Part shown: positions 9,396 to 18,527 of the stretch, in pieces
Layout of the letters: each line of letters opens with the position of its first letter
Position numbering within the stretch: position 1 is the first letter of the stretch
Assembly: GCA_965246885.1 (NCBI GenBank)
Contig: OZ251992.1
Location: forward strand, 928,001 to 992,000
Length of the DNA stretch: 64,000 nt
DNA from: Abditibacterium sp.
GTDB taxonomy: Bacteria > Armatimonadota > Abditibacteriia > Abditibacteriales > Abditibacteriaceae
Direction of reading: 5' to 3'
Notes under the pieces: generated by a model
Databases searched by the model: none
Told to the model about the DNA's origin: nothing
What the model saw: only the letters and a program-made list of their open reading frames with translations
Made by a program: the position numbers and the translations under genes

Positions 9396-10925
9396 ATGAA
9401 GCCACAAGACACCACCGTCGCCGTCCGGCCTCGTTTCGAGCGCCACAAAACTGCCCGCCCGCTCCGCCACTTGGACGAAACGGGCCTTTCCGCGCCGTCC
9501 CGCATGGGCCGAGGGACGCGCCCCGAACTGGAATTAGTGCCCGCTGTCGGCTCACAGGCGTCCGCCGTCGGCTCGCGGGCGTCCGCCACTGCGCCACAGA
9601 CATCTGCCGTCGCGCGAGAGACGTCCGCCGTCGCGCGAGAGACGTCCGCCGTCGCGCGAGAGACGTCCGCCGTCGCGCGAGAGACGTCCGCCGTCGCGCG
9701 AGAGACGTCCGCCGTCGCGCGAGAGACGTCCGCCGTCGCGTCGCCGCTATCCCCCGCCGAAGCGCGGAAGTTCAAAAAGCTGGTCGCGCCGTCCGTGCCC
9801 ATCGCGCCGTGCCATTGGGGGTTGCTCGTGGCGGCGCTCTTGCTCGCGGCGGCGTCGGTGCCGCTCGTGTACTCGGCTTCGACGGCCATCGCGCTCGACC
9901 AGCACGGTGGCGACTCGAATGTGTTTCTGTGGAAGCAACTGCAAAACGTCTTTGCGGGCATCGTGCTGATGGTGCTGGTGTCGCGCGTGCGCACCGCGAG
10001 TGTGCGCGGCTTCGCGTGGGGCCTGTACTTCGCAGCGATTGTAGGGCTGGTGCTGACGAAGTTCTCGCCGCTCGGCTTTTCGATGGGCAACGTCGAGCGC
10101 TGGGTGAAAATCGGGCCGCTCACCTTCCAATTCTCCGAACTGGCAAAAATTGCGCTCATTGGCGTGATGGCGGACTACTGGCACTTGTCGGCCAAACGCG
10201 CGCAACGCTCGCTTGAGCCTTGGCTGGGCGCGGCGGTAATCGCCGCGATCCCGGTCGCGCTCACCTTCATTCAACCGCACTTGTCGGCGGCTTTGGTGCT
10301 GGCCGCCATTCCGTTCGTCGTCGCGTATTGTGCGGGCGTGCCGGGTGCGCATTTTCAGAAGATTTTGCTGCCCATTCTCGTCTTGGGCGCCGTTGGGATG
10401 GCGCTGTGCAAGACGCACTCCGTCCCGTTCTTGGCTCCCTACCAACAAGACCGCATCGCCGCCAAACTGTCCGGCGGCGGAGACGAGCAGGGCGGCAACT
10501 ACCAACAACTTCAAGGCGAGCGCGCCATCGAGCGCGGCGGCATGGGCGGCGTCGGTTTGGGCGGGTCGTTGTATAAGAACGGGCATTTGCCCGCGCCTCA
10601 CACGGATTTCATCTTCGCCGTCATCGCCGAAGAAACCGGCTTGTGGGGCAGCGTGTTGCTCATCGGCTTGTATGGCTCCATCGTGTTCTTCTGCTTCCAG
10701 ATTGGGCACTCGTCGCGCGACGGCTTCCAGAAGCTGCTGTGTTCGGGCGTGGGCGCGCTGTGGGCGATTCAGGCTCTGGGCAACATCTTCATCGTGAGCG
10801 GCTGGGGGCCAGTGACCGGCTTGCCCTTGCCCGGCTTAACCTACGGCGGCTCCGGTTTGTGGTGCGCCCTGTTGGGTGTGGGTTTAGTGCTGGGCGTGTC
10901 GCGCGCGCATTGTGAAGAGAAGTAA
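9396..10925 (+). CDS. ftsW: SEDS peptidoglycan polymerase FtsW with a repeat-containing N-terminal extension
   Basis: RWVKIG, FQFSELAK, LPAPHTDFIFAVIAEE, PVTGLPLP..TYGGS; follows murD. Confidence 0.88.
   Translation: MKPQDTTVAVRPRFERHKTARPLRHLDETGLSAPSRMGRGTRPELELVPAVGSQASAVGSRASATAPQTSAVARETSAVARETSAVARETSAVARETSAVARETSAVARETSAVASPLSPAEARKFKKLVAPSVPIAPCHWGLLVAALLLAAASVPLVYSASTAIALDQHGGDSNVFLWKQLQNVFAGIVLMVLVSRVRTASVRGFAWGLYFAAIVGLVLTKFSPLGFSMGNVERWVKIGPLTFQFSELAKIALIGVMADYWHLSAKRAQRSLEPWLGAAVIAAIPVALTFIQPHLSAALVLAAIPFVVAYCAGVPGAHFQKILLPILVLGAVGMALCKTHSVPFLAPYQQDRIAAKLSGGGDEQGGNYQQLQGERAIERGGMGGVGLGGSLYKNGHLPAPHTDFIFAVIAEETGLWGSVLLIGLYGSIVFFCFQIGHSSRDGFQKLLCSGVGALWAIQALGNIFIVSGWGPVTGLPLPGLTYGGSGLWCALLGVGLVLGVSRAHCEEK
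9541..9742 (+). repeat. In-frame 21-bp tandem repeat encoding (TSAVARE)x6 plus degenerate units
   Basis: CCGCCGTCGCGCGAGAGACGT: five perfect copies at 9625-9729, one near-perfect at 9604, degenerate units from 9541. Confidence 0.95.
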
Positions 10926-10946
10926 GTGCTTACTGCGCCCGCGTTG

Positions 10947-11801
10947 TCATCTCGAATAGCGCGGGCGCCACAGGGAGCGAGCGAGGGGCGGGTGTGCGCC
11001 GGTGTAGGTGGGCGTGACGGCGCGCATCTTGTCCTTGGCGTCCTGAGGCCAGTCGGCAGGGACAGCGTGGGTTTTGGCGACGACTTGGGCTTGGATGGGT
11101 TCGGGCAGTTGGTCGAAGTCGGGCTGAAACCAGAGGGTGATGAGCGTGCGGCGCTCGTTCGTTTGGTTGTCGTGGGCGGCGTGGAGCAAGCGAGCGTCGC
11201 CCACGAGCAAGTCACCTGCGCGCACCGGCACGTCCACTTCGTCGGGACGGTCAGAAAACTCGACCTGTTCGTGCGCGTTCTCCATCTTCGACAGCCGCTC
11301 GGAGTGCGGCTCGGCGAGCAGGGCGTGAAGCGGGTTCTCTTCGATGTGCGAGCGCGGAATGGCTCGCAAGCAACCGTTCTCGCGCGAGGTGTCGCTCAGG
11401 TAATACATGAGGAACAGTTGCGGCGGCGGGTTTTGGTAGGAGCGGTCGTCGTCCCACGCGAACCAGTCGTAGTGCCAGAACAAGCGCGGGCCAAGCGGCG
11501 CTTTGGAGATAACGTAGCCATCGGAAAAGGTGGCGCTGCTGAAGCCGAGTTGTTGCAAGCACTCCAAGGCGGGAGGAAACGCGATGAGGTCGGCAAAGAT
11601 GGGGTCGGAGTTAGTGAGGATGAGCGAGCCTTGCGCTTTGAGTTGTTCGCGCTCGGCCTCGGTGCGGGCATCGAGCAGGGCGTCCGTCACGGCGCGTAAG
11701 CGCCCCAAAAAGGCGGGTGGCAAAAGGTCGGGAAACACAACGAACCCCTTTTCGAGGAGTTGGGCGCGCTTGGCGGTGTCGAGGGCAATGGATGAAGTCA
11801 T
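10947..11801 (-). CDS. Phytanoyl-CoA dioxygenase (PhyH) family Fe(II)/2OG oxygenase
   Basis: GFVVFPDLL, WHYD (HxD), NGCLRAIPRSH, GDLLVGDARLLHAA; start at MTSSIAL. Confidence 0.88.
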   Translation of the reverse strand: MTSSIALDTAKRAQLLEKGFVVFPDLLPPAFLGRLRAVTDALLDARTEAEREQLKAQGSLILTNSDPIFADLIAFPPALECLQQLGFSSATFSDGYVISKAPLGPRLFWHYDWFAWDDDRSYQNPPPQLFLMYYLSDTSRENGCLRAIPRSHIEENPLHALLAEPHSERLSKMENAHEQVEFSDRPDEVDVPVRAGDLLVGDARLLHAAHDNQTNERRTLITLWFQPDFDQLPEPIQAQVVAKTHAVPADWPQDAKDKMRAVTPTYTGAHPPLARSLWRPRYSR

Positions 11802-11821
11802 GCGATAGAAATGGCTAAAGG

Positions 11822-12769
11822 TTAGGTCGCGCCCAGTGTGGTGGGCAGGGCGCGCAGTTGATCGAGAAAGATGGCGGGGATGGCGCCGTCGTTGCCGATG
11901 GGCACGTCCCACGTGATGGCGCCGCCGCGCTCCGTCACGTATTGGGTGTAACCGCGCACGAGGTCAAGCGGGAAACGCGGCGCGCCGCTGCCCCATCCTT
12001 GGCCCAAGTAGGTGAGCAGATGGAACTGGCGCCCGCCGACAGTTGGCTCGACGGGGCGGAAGTGGAGGCCGGGTGCGGCAAAGCCCAGCGCGAGGGCGTT
12101 GTCCAGTTCGCCCGCCGTGTAGTCTTCGTGCGCGGTCATGGAAATGATGGGCGTCAAGACGCCGGGGTTGAAGGCGACCAGAGCATCGGGGTGGCCCGCT
12201 TTGAGGGCGGCGGCGAAAGACGCGAAGTTGGGCGCGTCGTCGGACGCATACATCGCGTCGGGCCAGTAGCAACCGTCTATCCACCACGCGCTGATGCGCG
12301 CGCCCCAGCGCTCCGACCACTCGCGGATCACGGCTTCCCAACGCTTTTGGAAGTCGGCGTTGCGGTGCGGCCCAATGCTCCACCCCAGTTTCTCAACGGC
12401 CAGAGCGTCGTGTTCGGGCGCCCCCGATGGCAGATACGCCATGAAGCGGATACCGCGCGCAGCCAACGCATCGGCAACATCGGCGATGAGGTCGCGGCGC
12501 GAGCACAGGCTCGGTGCGCGTCCCACGAAGCCGTCGTAGGTGGCGTTGGGAGCGCAATAGTGCCCGGAGTTCTGACCGATGGTGAGGCCAAAGTAAGCTG
12601 CGCCCGCGTCGTGCAATTGCGAGGCGAGCCGCGCGGCGTCGAAGGAATCCACCCGCGCGTTCCACGCCCGCGCCGAAGTGCCCGAAACGACGGTGCTTGA
12701 GGCAGGGGAGTCGAGGTAATGAGCGAAAACGCCCCATCTGGCGGAGCGGAGCCAGTTCGTGGTGGACAT
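11822..12769 (-). CDS. GH29-like (alpha-L-fucosidase-like) glycoside hydrolase, no signal peptide
   Basis: RWGVFAHY, FDAARLA...AGAAY, RDLIADVADAL..RGIRF, WWIDG nucleophile motif. Confidence 0.72.
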   Translation of the reverse strand: MSTTNWLRSARWGVFAHYLDSPASSTVVSGTSARAWNARVDSFDAARLASQLHDAGAAYFGLTIGQNSGHYCAPNATYDGFVGRAPSLCSRRDLIADVADALAARGIRFMAYLPSGAPEHDALAVEKLGWSIGPHRNADFQKRWEAVIREWSERWGARISAWWIDGCYWPDAMYASDDAPNFASFAAALKAGHPDALVAFNPGVLTPIISMTAHEDYTAGELDNALALGFAAPGLHFRPVEPTVGGRQFHLLTYLGQGWGSGAPRFPLDLVRGYTQYVTERGGAITWDVPIGNDGAIPAIFLDQLRALPTTLGAT

Positions 12770-12772
12770 GAG

Positions 12773-13561
12773 CTAACGGGTTGCGCCCGCATGGGCGGGG
12801 AAGTGGGCGGCGTCTTGGTGCCAAGGAACGAGGCCGCACAGTTGGCGGCGGATGGGGTCGGTTTGGCGGGCGGCAAATTCGGGCGTGGTGTCATACCCAT
12901 CGGCCCACTGCTTCATCCAAGCGTGCTTATAAAGGATCATGATGAGGCGGCGGTCGCAGTCGCTCGTGTTGGCGGAGTTGGTGTGCCAGATTTCCGTGTT
13001 GTTGATGAGGCAACTCCCGGCGGGGCCGGTGATGCCGATTTGTCCCGGCGTGTTTGCGGGCTGCTGTCCGGGTGAGGTTTCGGGGCATAGTTCCGCGCGG
13101 GAGTGAGTGCCCGAAAGCAGAGTGAACGGGCCGGTGTCGTCGTGCACGTCGCCCAGAAAGTAGGTGGCGCGCACCCAGAAGTTTTGGCGTGGGAGCGGGA
13201 CGTTGGTCATCCACTGGAAGTCGGCGTGCCAGCCGATATAGGCCGGAGTGTGAGCGTATTTGTGGTCGAGTTCGCCGCCGCTCGCCAGTTCGATGTCGTA
13301 GCCGAGCACGCCGCGCGCGATGTCGAAGACCGGAGCATTGTCCATGAGTTGCTCAAACGCTGGGTCACGTTCGAGGATGCGGGGCACTTCGGTACGAAGC
13401 GCACCGTTTGCGCGCGGATGGAGCGCGAGTTGCGCGTCGTAGGCGCGGTTGAGTTCGAGTAGTTGCTCGGCGGACAGGGCGTTTTCGAGCAGAACATAGC
13501 CGTCGCGCGCGAGCAGTTCGAGCGCCTCGGACAGGGGCGTTTGGAGTGTGATGCGATTCAT
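12773..13561 (-). CDS. PhyH family dioxygenase
   Basis: DGYVLLENAL, WHAD, GPFTLLSGTH, GSCLINNTEIWH. Confidence 0.88.
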   Translation of the reverse strand: MNRITLQTPLSEALELLARDGYVLLENALSAEQLLELNRAYDAQLALHPRANGALRTEVPRILERDPAFEQLMDNAPVFDIARGVLGYDIELASGGELDHKYAHTPAYIGWHADFQWMTNVPLPRQNFWVRATYFLGDVHDDTGPFTLLSGTHSRAELCPETSPGQQPANTPGQIGITGPAGSCLINNTEIWHTNSANTSDCDRRLIMILYKHAWMKQWADGYDTTPEFAARQTDPIRRQLCGLVPWHQDAAHFPAHAGATR

Positions 13562-13582
13562 AACAGATTTAATTTTTAGAGC

Positions 13583-15766
13583 TTACGGCAATACGGTGCC
13601 GGGAAGAGCGGCGCGCGGGGCGTCGCGGTGGGCAGGATCGGCGGCGCCCAACGTGCGCGGGCGCGGGATGCGCCACATGCCGTAGCATTGGCCGTTGAGC
13701 CAAGCGTCGCCGGTTTTGGGGTGGACGCGAATCCACGAGGTTTCGTGGGGGCCATCGCCAGTTGTGAGGTTTTCCCATGTCGCGCCGCCGTCGCGCGAGC
13801 GCACGAGTGTAGCGGCGCTCGCGTAGATGTTGCGCGGCCCGCCCGCGTAAACGATGCGAGGTTGGCCCGGATCAACAGCAACCGTCACGACGCGCGGCGG
13901 GCGCCCGTATTGGTCGAGGGGCAGTTTGGCGTCGGAGAAGGTGGTGCCATCCCACATTTTAACGCGCTCCTCGGATGCGAAGAAGTAATAGCCGGTGCGC
14001 GCGTCGCACGCCACGTCGCCAAAGCCGCCGGGAACCTCGACCACGCGTTGCCACGTCGCGCCGTCGTCGCGCGAGCGCACAAGAGCCGTCCCCTTTTTGC
14101 CCAACAAAGCGCCATCGGGCATCGAGATATAGACGCCCTGACAGTCGCTCATCGCTTGCCACGTCGCGCCTTGGTCGGTCGAGCGCAGGTTGGATGCGAA
14201 CAGGATGGCGGGGTTTTTCGGGTCGGTGTAGGAGATCTCATCGCCGCCCCACAGAAGCGGGGCGCCCTTGGCATCGTTGACAAAGTTCCACGTCGTGCCG
14301 CCGTCGCGCGACACGCGCATTTTGCGCGGCGGGTTCCAACTGGAGCCGGAGTCGCCATACCACATCGTCTGCCCCGACGCGCCCGCGCCGTAACACTGCC
14401 CGCCCCAGCCTAAACCCGATAGGTCGCGGTATGTCCACGTCCGCCCGCCGTCGAGGGTGAAGGCGCCGTTGTAGTCTTGAAAGCCAAGTAGCACCTCGTT
14501 CGGGTTTTGCAGGTTGAAGTTAAAGCTGACGCCGATCATGATGCCATTGTATCCGGCGTTGCTCCAGCGAAAGCGTTTTCCGCCGTCGGTGGATTTGGTG
14601 GCGAAGTCGCCGCCAATAGACCATGCCACGTTCGGGTCGGTGGGGTGCCATGTGACGTAGCCTTGACGGGCGTTGACGGGGAACGCGTTGGCGACGGTGT
14701 CGGTCGGAGCGAGATTGAAGTTCATGTTGCCAAGGGGCAATAGGCTTACTTCCATCAGGATGGGCTTCCACGTCGCGCCGCCGTCGTGCGACCAATAGCG
14801 CACCCATTTCCAGTTGTCGCCTGCGACCCAACACATCATGCGTTTTGGGTCAGCAGGGGAGACTTTGACGTTACGTACCGCTTTGCCGAGGTTATTCAGC
14901 CCGACGCAAGGCAGCACGACGAAAGTGTGGCTGTCCGTCGAGCGCAACACTTTGTCATCGCCCGATATAACAAGCGCCCCATCGGAGGCGATGTCGAAAC
15001 CATAGACACCCTTGTTGTAGATGTGCTCGAAGGTGCGCCCCTTGTCGGTGGAGCGGAACAAGCCTTCTTGCCCGGAAATCAGCACCGCGCCGTTACGCTC
15101 GACGCGCACCAAGGCAAAGGTGCCGCCACCTTGCGTCCAATCGGAATCAAGGTGGCGCACTATCTGGGGCGCCACGTTTTGCCACGTTTTGCCGCCGTCG
15201 TCCGAGCGGAACAGCCCTTGGCCTTCCGACAGATAATAAGCGCGCAGGCACATCCCCGCTTTGGCGTCAAACGAGGACGGGTCGAACGCCGTAAAGCCGC
15301 CCCAACCGTTGCGCGCGGACAACACTTGAGTCCACGAACCAGCTTTATCGGTCGAAAGATAAACGCCGTTAGGCGACTGACCCCAGTTTTTGTCCCACTC
15401 CATCGAGTTGGACGCTACGCCCAAGACATGCGCGGCGTTGCGCGGATCAATGGCGAAGTTGTTCGCGCCGCGCGCGTTCCAGCCGTTCATGGCGAGGTTC
15501 CATGTCGCGCCGCCGTCGCGCGAAGCGTAAAGCCCGCCCACGTCAATGGGCAAAAGCAGGAAGTTAGGGTCGGCGGGCGATACCGCGATGTCCCATCGGG
15601 GCCACTGCGCGCCCTCACCGCCTAATTTTTCGCCCGCGCGCGCCGCTTCGGGCGACAGCATCGGCATTTTGATGGCGGGCGCGTTTGCGCGGGGAGGCGG
15701 TGCGGCCAAACTGCAAGAAGAAAGCGCGAGGAGCGCGCCCGCGTAGAGGAATCTAACGGAGTTCAT
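13583..15766 (-). CDS. Secreted or lipoprotein BNR/Asp-box repeat beta-propeller (GH74/sialidase/VPS10-like)
   Basis: More than 10 Asp-box motifs of the SxDGGxTW type; signal MNSVRFLYAGALLALSSC. Confidence 0.8.
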   Translation of the reverse strand: MNSVRFLYAGALLALSSCSLAAPPPRANAPAIKMPMLSPEAARAGEKLGGEGAQWPRWDIAVSPADPNFLLLPIDVGGLYASRDGGATWNLAMNGWNARGANNFAIDPRNAAHVLGVASNSMEWDKNWGQSPNGVYLSTDKAGSWTQVLSARNGWGGFTAFDPSSFDAKAGMCLRAYYLSEGQGLFRSDDGGKTWQNVAPQIVRHLDSDWTQGGGTFALVRVERNGAVLISGQEGLFRSTDKGRTFEHIYNKGVYGFDIASDGALVISGDDKVLRSTDSHTFVVLPCVGLNNLGKAVRNVKVSPADPKRMMCWVAGDNWKWVRYWSHDGGATWKPILMEVSLLPLGNMNFNLAPTDTVANAFPVNARQGYVTWHPTDPNVAWSIGGDFATKSTDGGKRFRWSNAGYNGIMIGVSFNFNLQNPNEVLLGFQDYNGAFTLDGGRTWTYRDLSGLGWGGQCYGAGASGQTMWYGDSGSSWNPPRKMRVSRDGGTTWNFVNDAKGAPLLWGGDEISYTDPKNPAILFASNLRSTDQGATWQAMSDCQGVYISMPDGALLGKKGTALVRSRDDGATWQRVVEVPGGFGDVACDARTGYYFFASEERVKMWDGTTFSDAKLPLDQYGRPPRVVTVAVDPGQPRIVYAGGPRNIYASAATLVRSRDGGATWENLTTGDGPHETSWIRVHPKTGDAWLNGQCYGMWRIPRPRTLGAADPAHRDAPRAALPGTVLP

Positions 15767-15851
15767 GGAGAGTTGATGGGTGTTCACAAAGGGAAAGGGG
15801 GCGCCACTGCGCCGCGAACGCACTGTCCATTGCGGCGCGGCTGCCACGTCA

Positions 15852-16592
15852 TTACGCCGCCGGGAAAAGCTGCGCTTTGGGAAGAATAATCGAGGTGCCG
15901 CCGGGTCGTGTCCATAGCAATTGGGCTGAGGCAGAACCGGTGAGTTCTTTGTACTCCATCTTGACGATGTATTTAGTGTTAGCGGCGAGAGTAACGGGCG
16001 CCGAGAAGGTGCCCAGAGTCGTCCACTTGTCAATTACCAACACGTTGTTGATCCATAGGCGCACGCCATCATCGGTAGAGGTGGTGAACGAGTAAGTGCC
16101 GCCTTCTTGGGCCAGCACTTGCCCTGTCCATCGGATGGAGAAGTTGTCCACTCCGATGCTGGTGCCGGGGCTACCGGTGCCCCAGTTGAAGTTCACCTGT
16201 GGGTCGGTTTGGGTTTTGACAAGTGACGCCAACGCGTTGTCGCGGTAGTATTGGCCTTTCAAGCCGGTGCCAGTGCCGGTGATGGCAGGTGCCATGCTTT
16301 TGGAAGCGACGTTGGTGTATTTGCTCGTCCACGTCGCGTTGGACGCTTTGACGCGATAGTAGTAGGTCGTGCCCGCCGCCGCGTAGTTGTCCACGAAGGA
16401 GGTAACGTTGGCGCCAGTTTGTCCGCAGTATGTCCAAGGGCCAGCCGCCGCAGTTGCGCGTTCGACGGTGAACTGCGTCTCGTTGGTACTGTTGTCTTTC
16501 CACGTCAGCTTGACTTGAGCGTGGGCGGCAGTCGAGAAGGCGAGACCGCAAGCCGCGAGGAGGCCAGCAGAGAAGATGCGAAGATGTTTCAT
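15852..16592 (-). CDS. Secreted protein: N-terminally truncated FN3 domain plus PA14 domain
   Basis: Signal ...TAAHA; QVKLTWKDNSTNE...TTYYYRVKASN (FN3); GLKGQYY...DNFSIRWTG...DDGVRLW (PA14). Confidence 0.88.
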   Translation of the reverse strand: MKHLRIFSAGLLAACGLAFSTAAHAQVKLTWKDNSTNETQFTVERATAAAGPWTYCGQTGANVTSFVDNYAAAGTTYYYRVKASNATWTSKYTNVASKSMAPAITGTGTGLKGQYYRDNALASLVKTQTDPQVNFNWGTGSPGTSIGVDNFSIRWTGQVLAQEGGTYSFTTSTDDGVRLWINNVLVIDKWTTLGTFSAPVTLAANTKYIVKMEYKELTGSASAQLLWTRPGGTSIILPKAQLFPAA

Positions 16593-16626
16593 GTGGTGTT
16601 TGGAAAATGGATGTTAATGGAATTTC

Positions 16627-18468
16627 TCACTGGGCGGCCAAGTTGGAGGGGTCTCCGGGGCCAATGCGAATGTCGTCGAGGTAAGCCCGGAATTGCCCGG
16701 TGGTGTTGGCTCGGTCGTAGGCGACCCAAACGCGATCAATGTTCTTGCCCGCCAACGATGATAAATTGGCTGTAATCTGACTCCACCCTCCCAGCACGAT
16801 CCCCCCGCCGTGTCCTGCGTTGGGGTGCAAACTCTTCCCGTTTTGATCGGTGAGGCCACTGTCACGTAGCGTGGTGCCGTCGGTACAGTGAAAGTCGAGC
16901 GCCACGTAGCGCCCACCATCTTGCACCGGGTTGATCCAGTAGGACAGCGTTGTGTTGGAGGCGATGGTGACTGGGGCGCCGCTCAGGTTGAAGACCTTGA
17001 AATAGCAGAAGTTGGCTCCAGAAGCGTTCCCCGCTGTCCCCGCCGCCATAAGCATGGACGAGCCACTGTTGGCGTTGATTGTGCCCCAGTCCCCGTTACT
17101 GCGTACTCCGCACTCTGGCCCCACGCCAGCCACGAAGCCAGACACGTTCGTGGCGCCCGCCGTATAATCGGTGTCGGGCGAGTCGTTCCACGTGGGCAAC
17201 GGATCGCCGCCGTTCTCGAAGCTTGTTGTAAACGTGCCAGCCGCAACCGGTGCCGGAGTGGGAGTTGGTGCGGGCGCCGTGCCCGACCAACCATTTAGGT
17301 CTTTGATCCACTGCGTGAGTTGGTTGGCCATCGCAATATGGTCGTTGCCGTTGGGGTGGCCGCCATGCGGCTGCTGGGGAAACGTGCGGGTAACGACCTT
17401 GGGATCGCCCAGATTTCTCACCGCACTAAATACCCCATTCAGGAAGTTGGGATCGGTCATCGTGGTGTTCATGCAGATGATCCACGCGTTAGGATAAACG
17501 CGACGCAGGTCTTGAACCTGTGCGAGGTAACGCTGCGTGAGGGTGCCATACCAATCGGTGGCGGGGTCGTATTGATACTGGTCGTTTTGCCCGGTGGCGA
17601 TCACCACGACATCTGCTTGCCACGAGGCAAAGCCTTGGTATTGGGAATAACCCGCACCCGCCGAGGCCTTGTCCCACATGGAGCGCATATTATCGAAGAA
17701 GAACCCCGTGCTCATCCCGGCCCCGCCTTTGGCGATGAGTCGCGTGTCGGCGCCGAAGTTGCGACCCGTCAAAGCCGCATAGTCATAGTAGTTGCTGCCG
17801 CCCCATGTGTCGCCGTTGTCGGTGGAATTGGCCAGTTTGATCGTGCAGCATTGCTCCGTCACAGAGTCACCGTAGAACTCGATTTTGCGAGCCGAGTTCA
17901 CCGACGGCGCTTGCAACAGTGTGGCACCGTCATCCAGAATGATGCCTTCCATGAGCAGTAATGCGAAGGCATCGCCGTCGCGCCGCACGGTCAGATTGTG
18001 TTCGCCAAGCGATAGGTTATTGGTGATGAGGGTGTTGCCGCCCCAGTCGGCGCCCACGCTTTCGCGGCGCAGTTGTTGGCCGTCCAGAAAATACAGCAGG
18101 TCGGTATTTTGTGAGTTGGGTGGAACAGTGGCATCGCGTCCCCGGAAGGTGATGCGGATGCTGGAAGAGTTGGTGAAACGAATGCGCGCTTCGCCGCCCG
18201 TCCAGCCCATATCTACGCTCTGGCCGTCCACGCTGTATTGGTTGGGATGCTGTTGGGTGCGGCCCGTGTAGGTGATGTTGCTATTGGCGCCGCTAAAAGT
18301 GACCGCGTGTGCAGTGACGGCATGGCCCACCATGAGACCGAAAAGCGCAAGCGTTGGCCAGAGTGCAAAGGTGCCCCGCTTTTGGAAGGGAGAACGCCTG
18401 TGTTCGATCCGAGCAATTCTACGTCGGGTCGCTTCTTGAAGGAAGCGTTGGATGAATGAGATTTTCAC
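16627..18468 (-). CDS. Secreted SGNH/GDSL esterase (CE2-like) with a C-terminal beta-sandwich domain and DPSNLAAQ tail
   Basis: FYGDSVTE, GQND, GGHP motifs; PT linker; C-terminal domain resembles accessory domains of GH92 proteins. Start uncertain (GTG 18468 chosen). Confidence 0.78.
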   Translation of the reverse strand: MKISFIQRFLQEATRRRIARIEHRRSPFQKRGTFALWPTLALFGLMVGHAVTAHAVTFSGANSNITYTGRTQQHPNQYSVDGQSVDMGWTGGEARIRFTNSSSIRITFRGRDATVPPNSQNTDLLYFLDGQQLRRESVGADWGGNTLITNNLSLGEHNLTVRRDGDAFALLLMEGIILDDGATLLQAPSVNSARKIEFYGDSVTEQCCTIKLANSTDNGDTWGGSNYYDYAALTGRNFGADTRLIAKGGAGMSTGFFFDNMRSMWDKASAGAGYSQYQGFASWQADVVVIATGQNDQYQYDPATDWYGTLTQRYLAQVQDLRRVYPNAWIICMNTTMTDPNFLNGVFSAVRNLGDPKVVTRTFPQQPHGGHPNGNDHIAMANQLTQWIKDLNGWSGTAPAPTPTPAPVAAGTFTTSFENGGDPLPTWNDSPDTDYTAGATNVSGFVAGVGPECGVRSNGDWGTINANSGSSMLMAAGTAGNASGANFCYFKVFNLSGAPVTIASNTTLSYWINPVQDGGRYVALDFHCTDGTTLRDSGLTDQNGKSLHPNAGHGGGIVLGGWSQITANLSSLAGKNIDRVWVAYDRANTTGQFRAYLDDIRIGPGDPSNLAAQ

Positions 18469-18527
18469 GATGGATAGTTCGGGGCGCCCGCTTTCTTTTA
18501 AATGGCGGGCGCCGACTCGAACGGTTT

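Noticed and set aside
13583..13610. LPGT near the C-terminus of the BNR protein as a sortase signal
   Set aside because: It is LPGTV rather than LPxTG, and has no following TM helix or basic tail.
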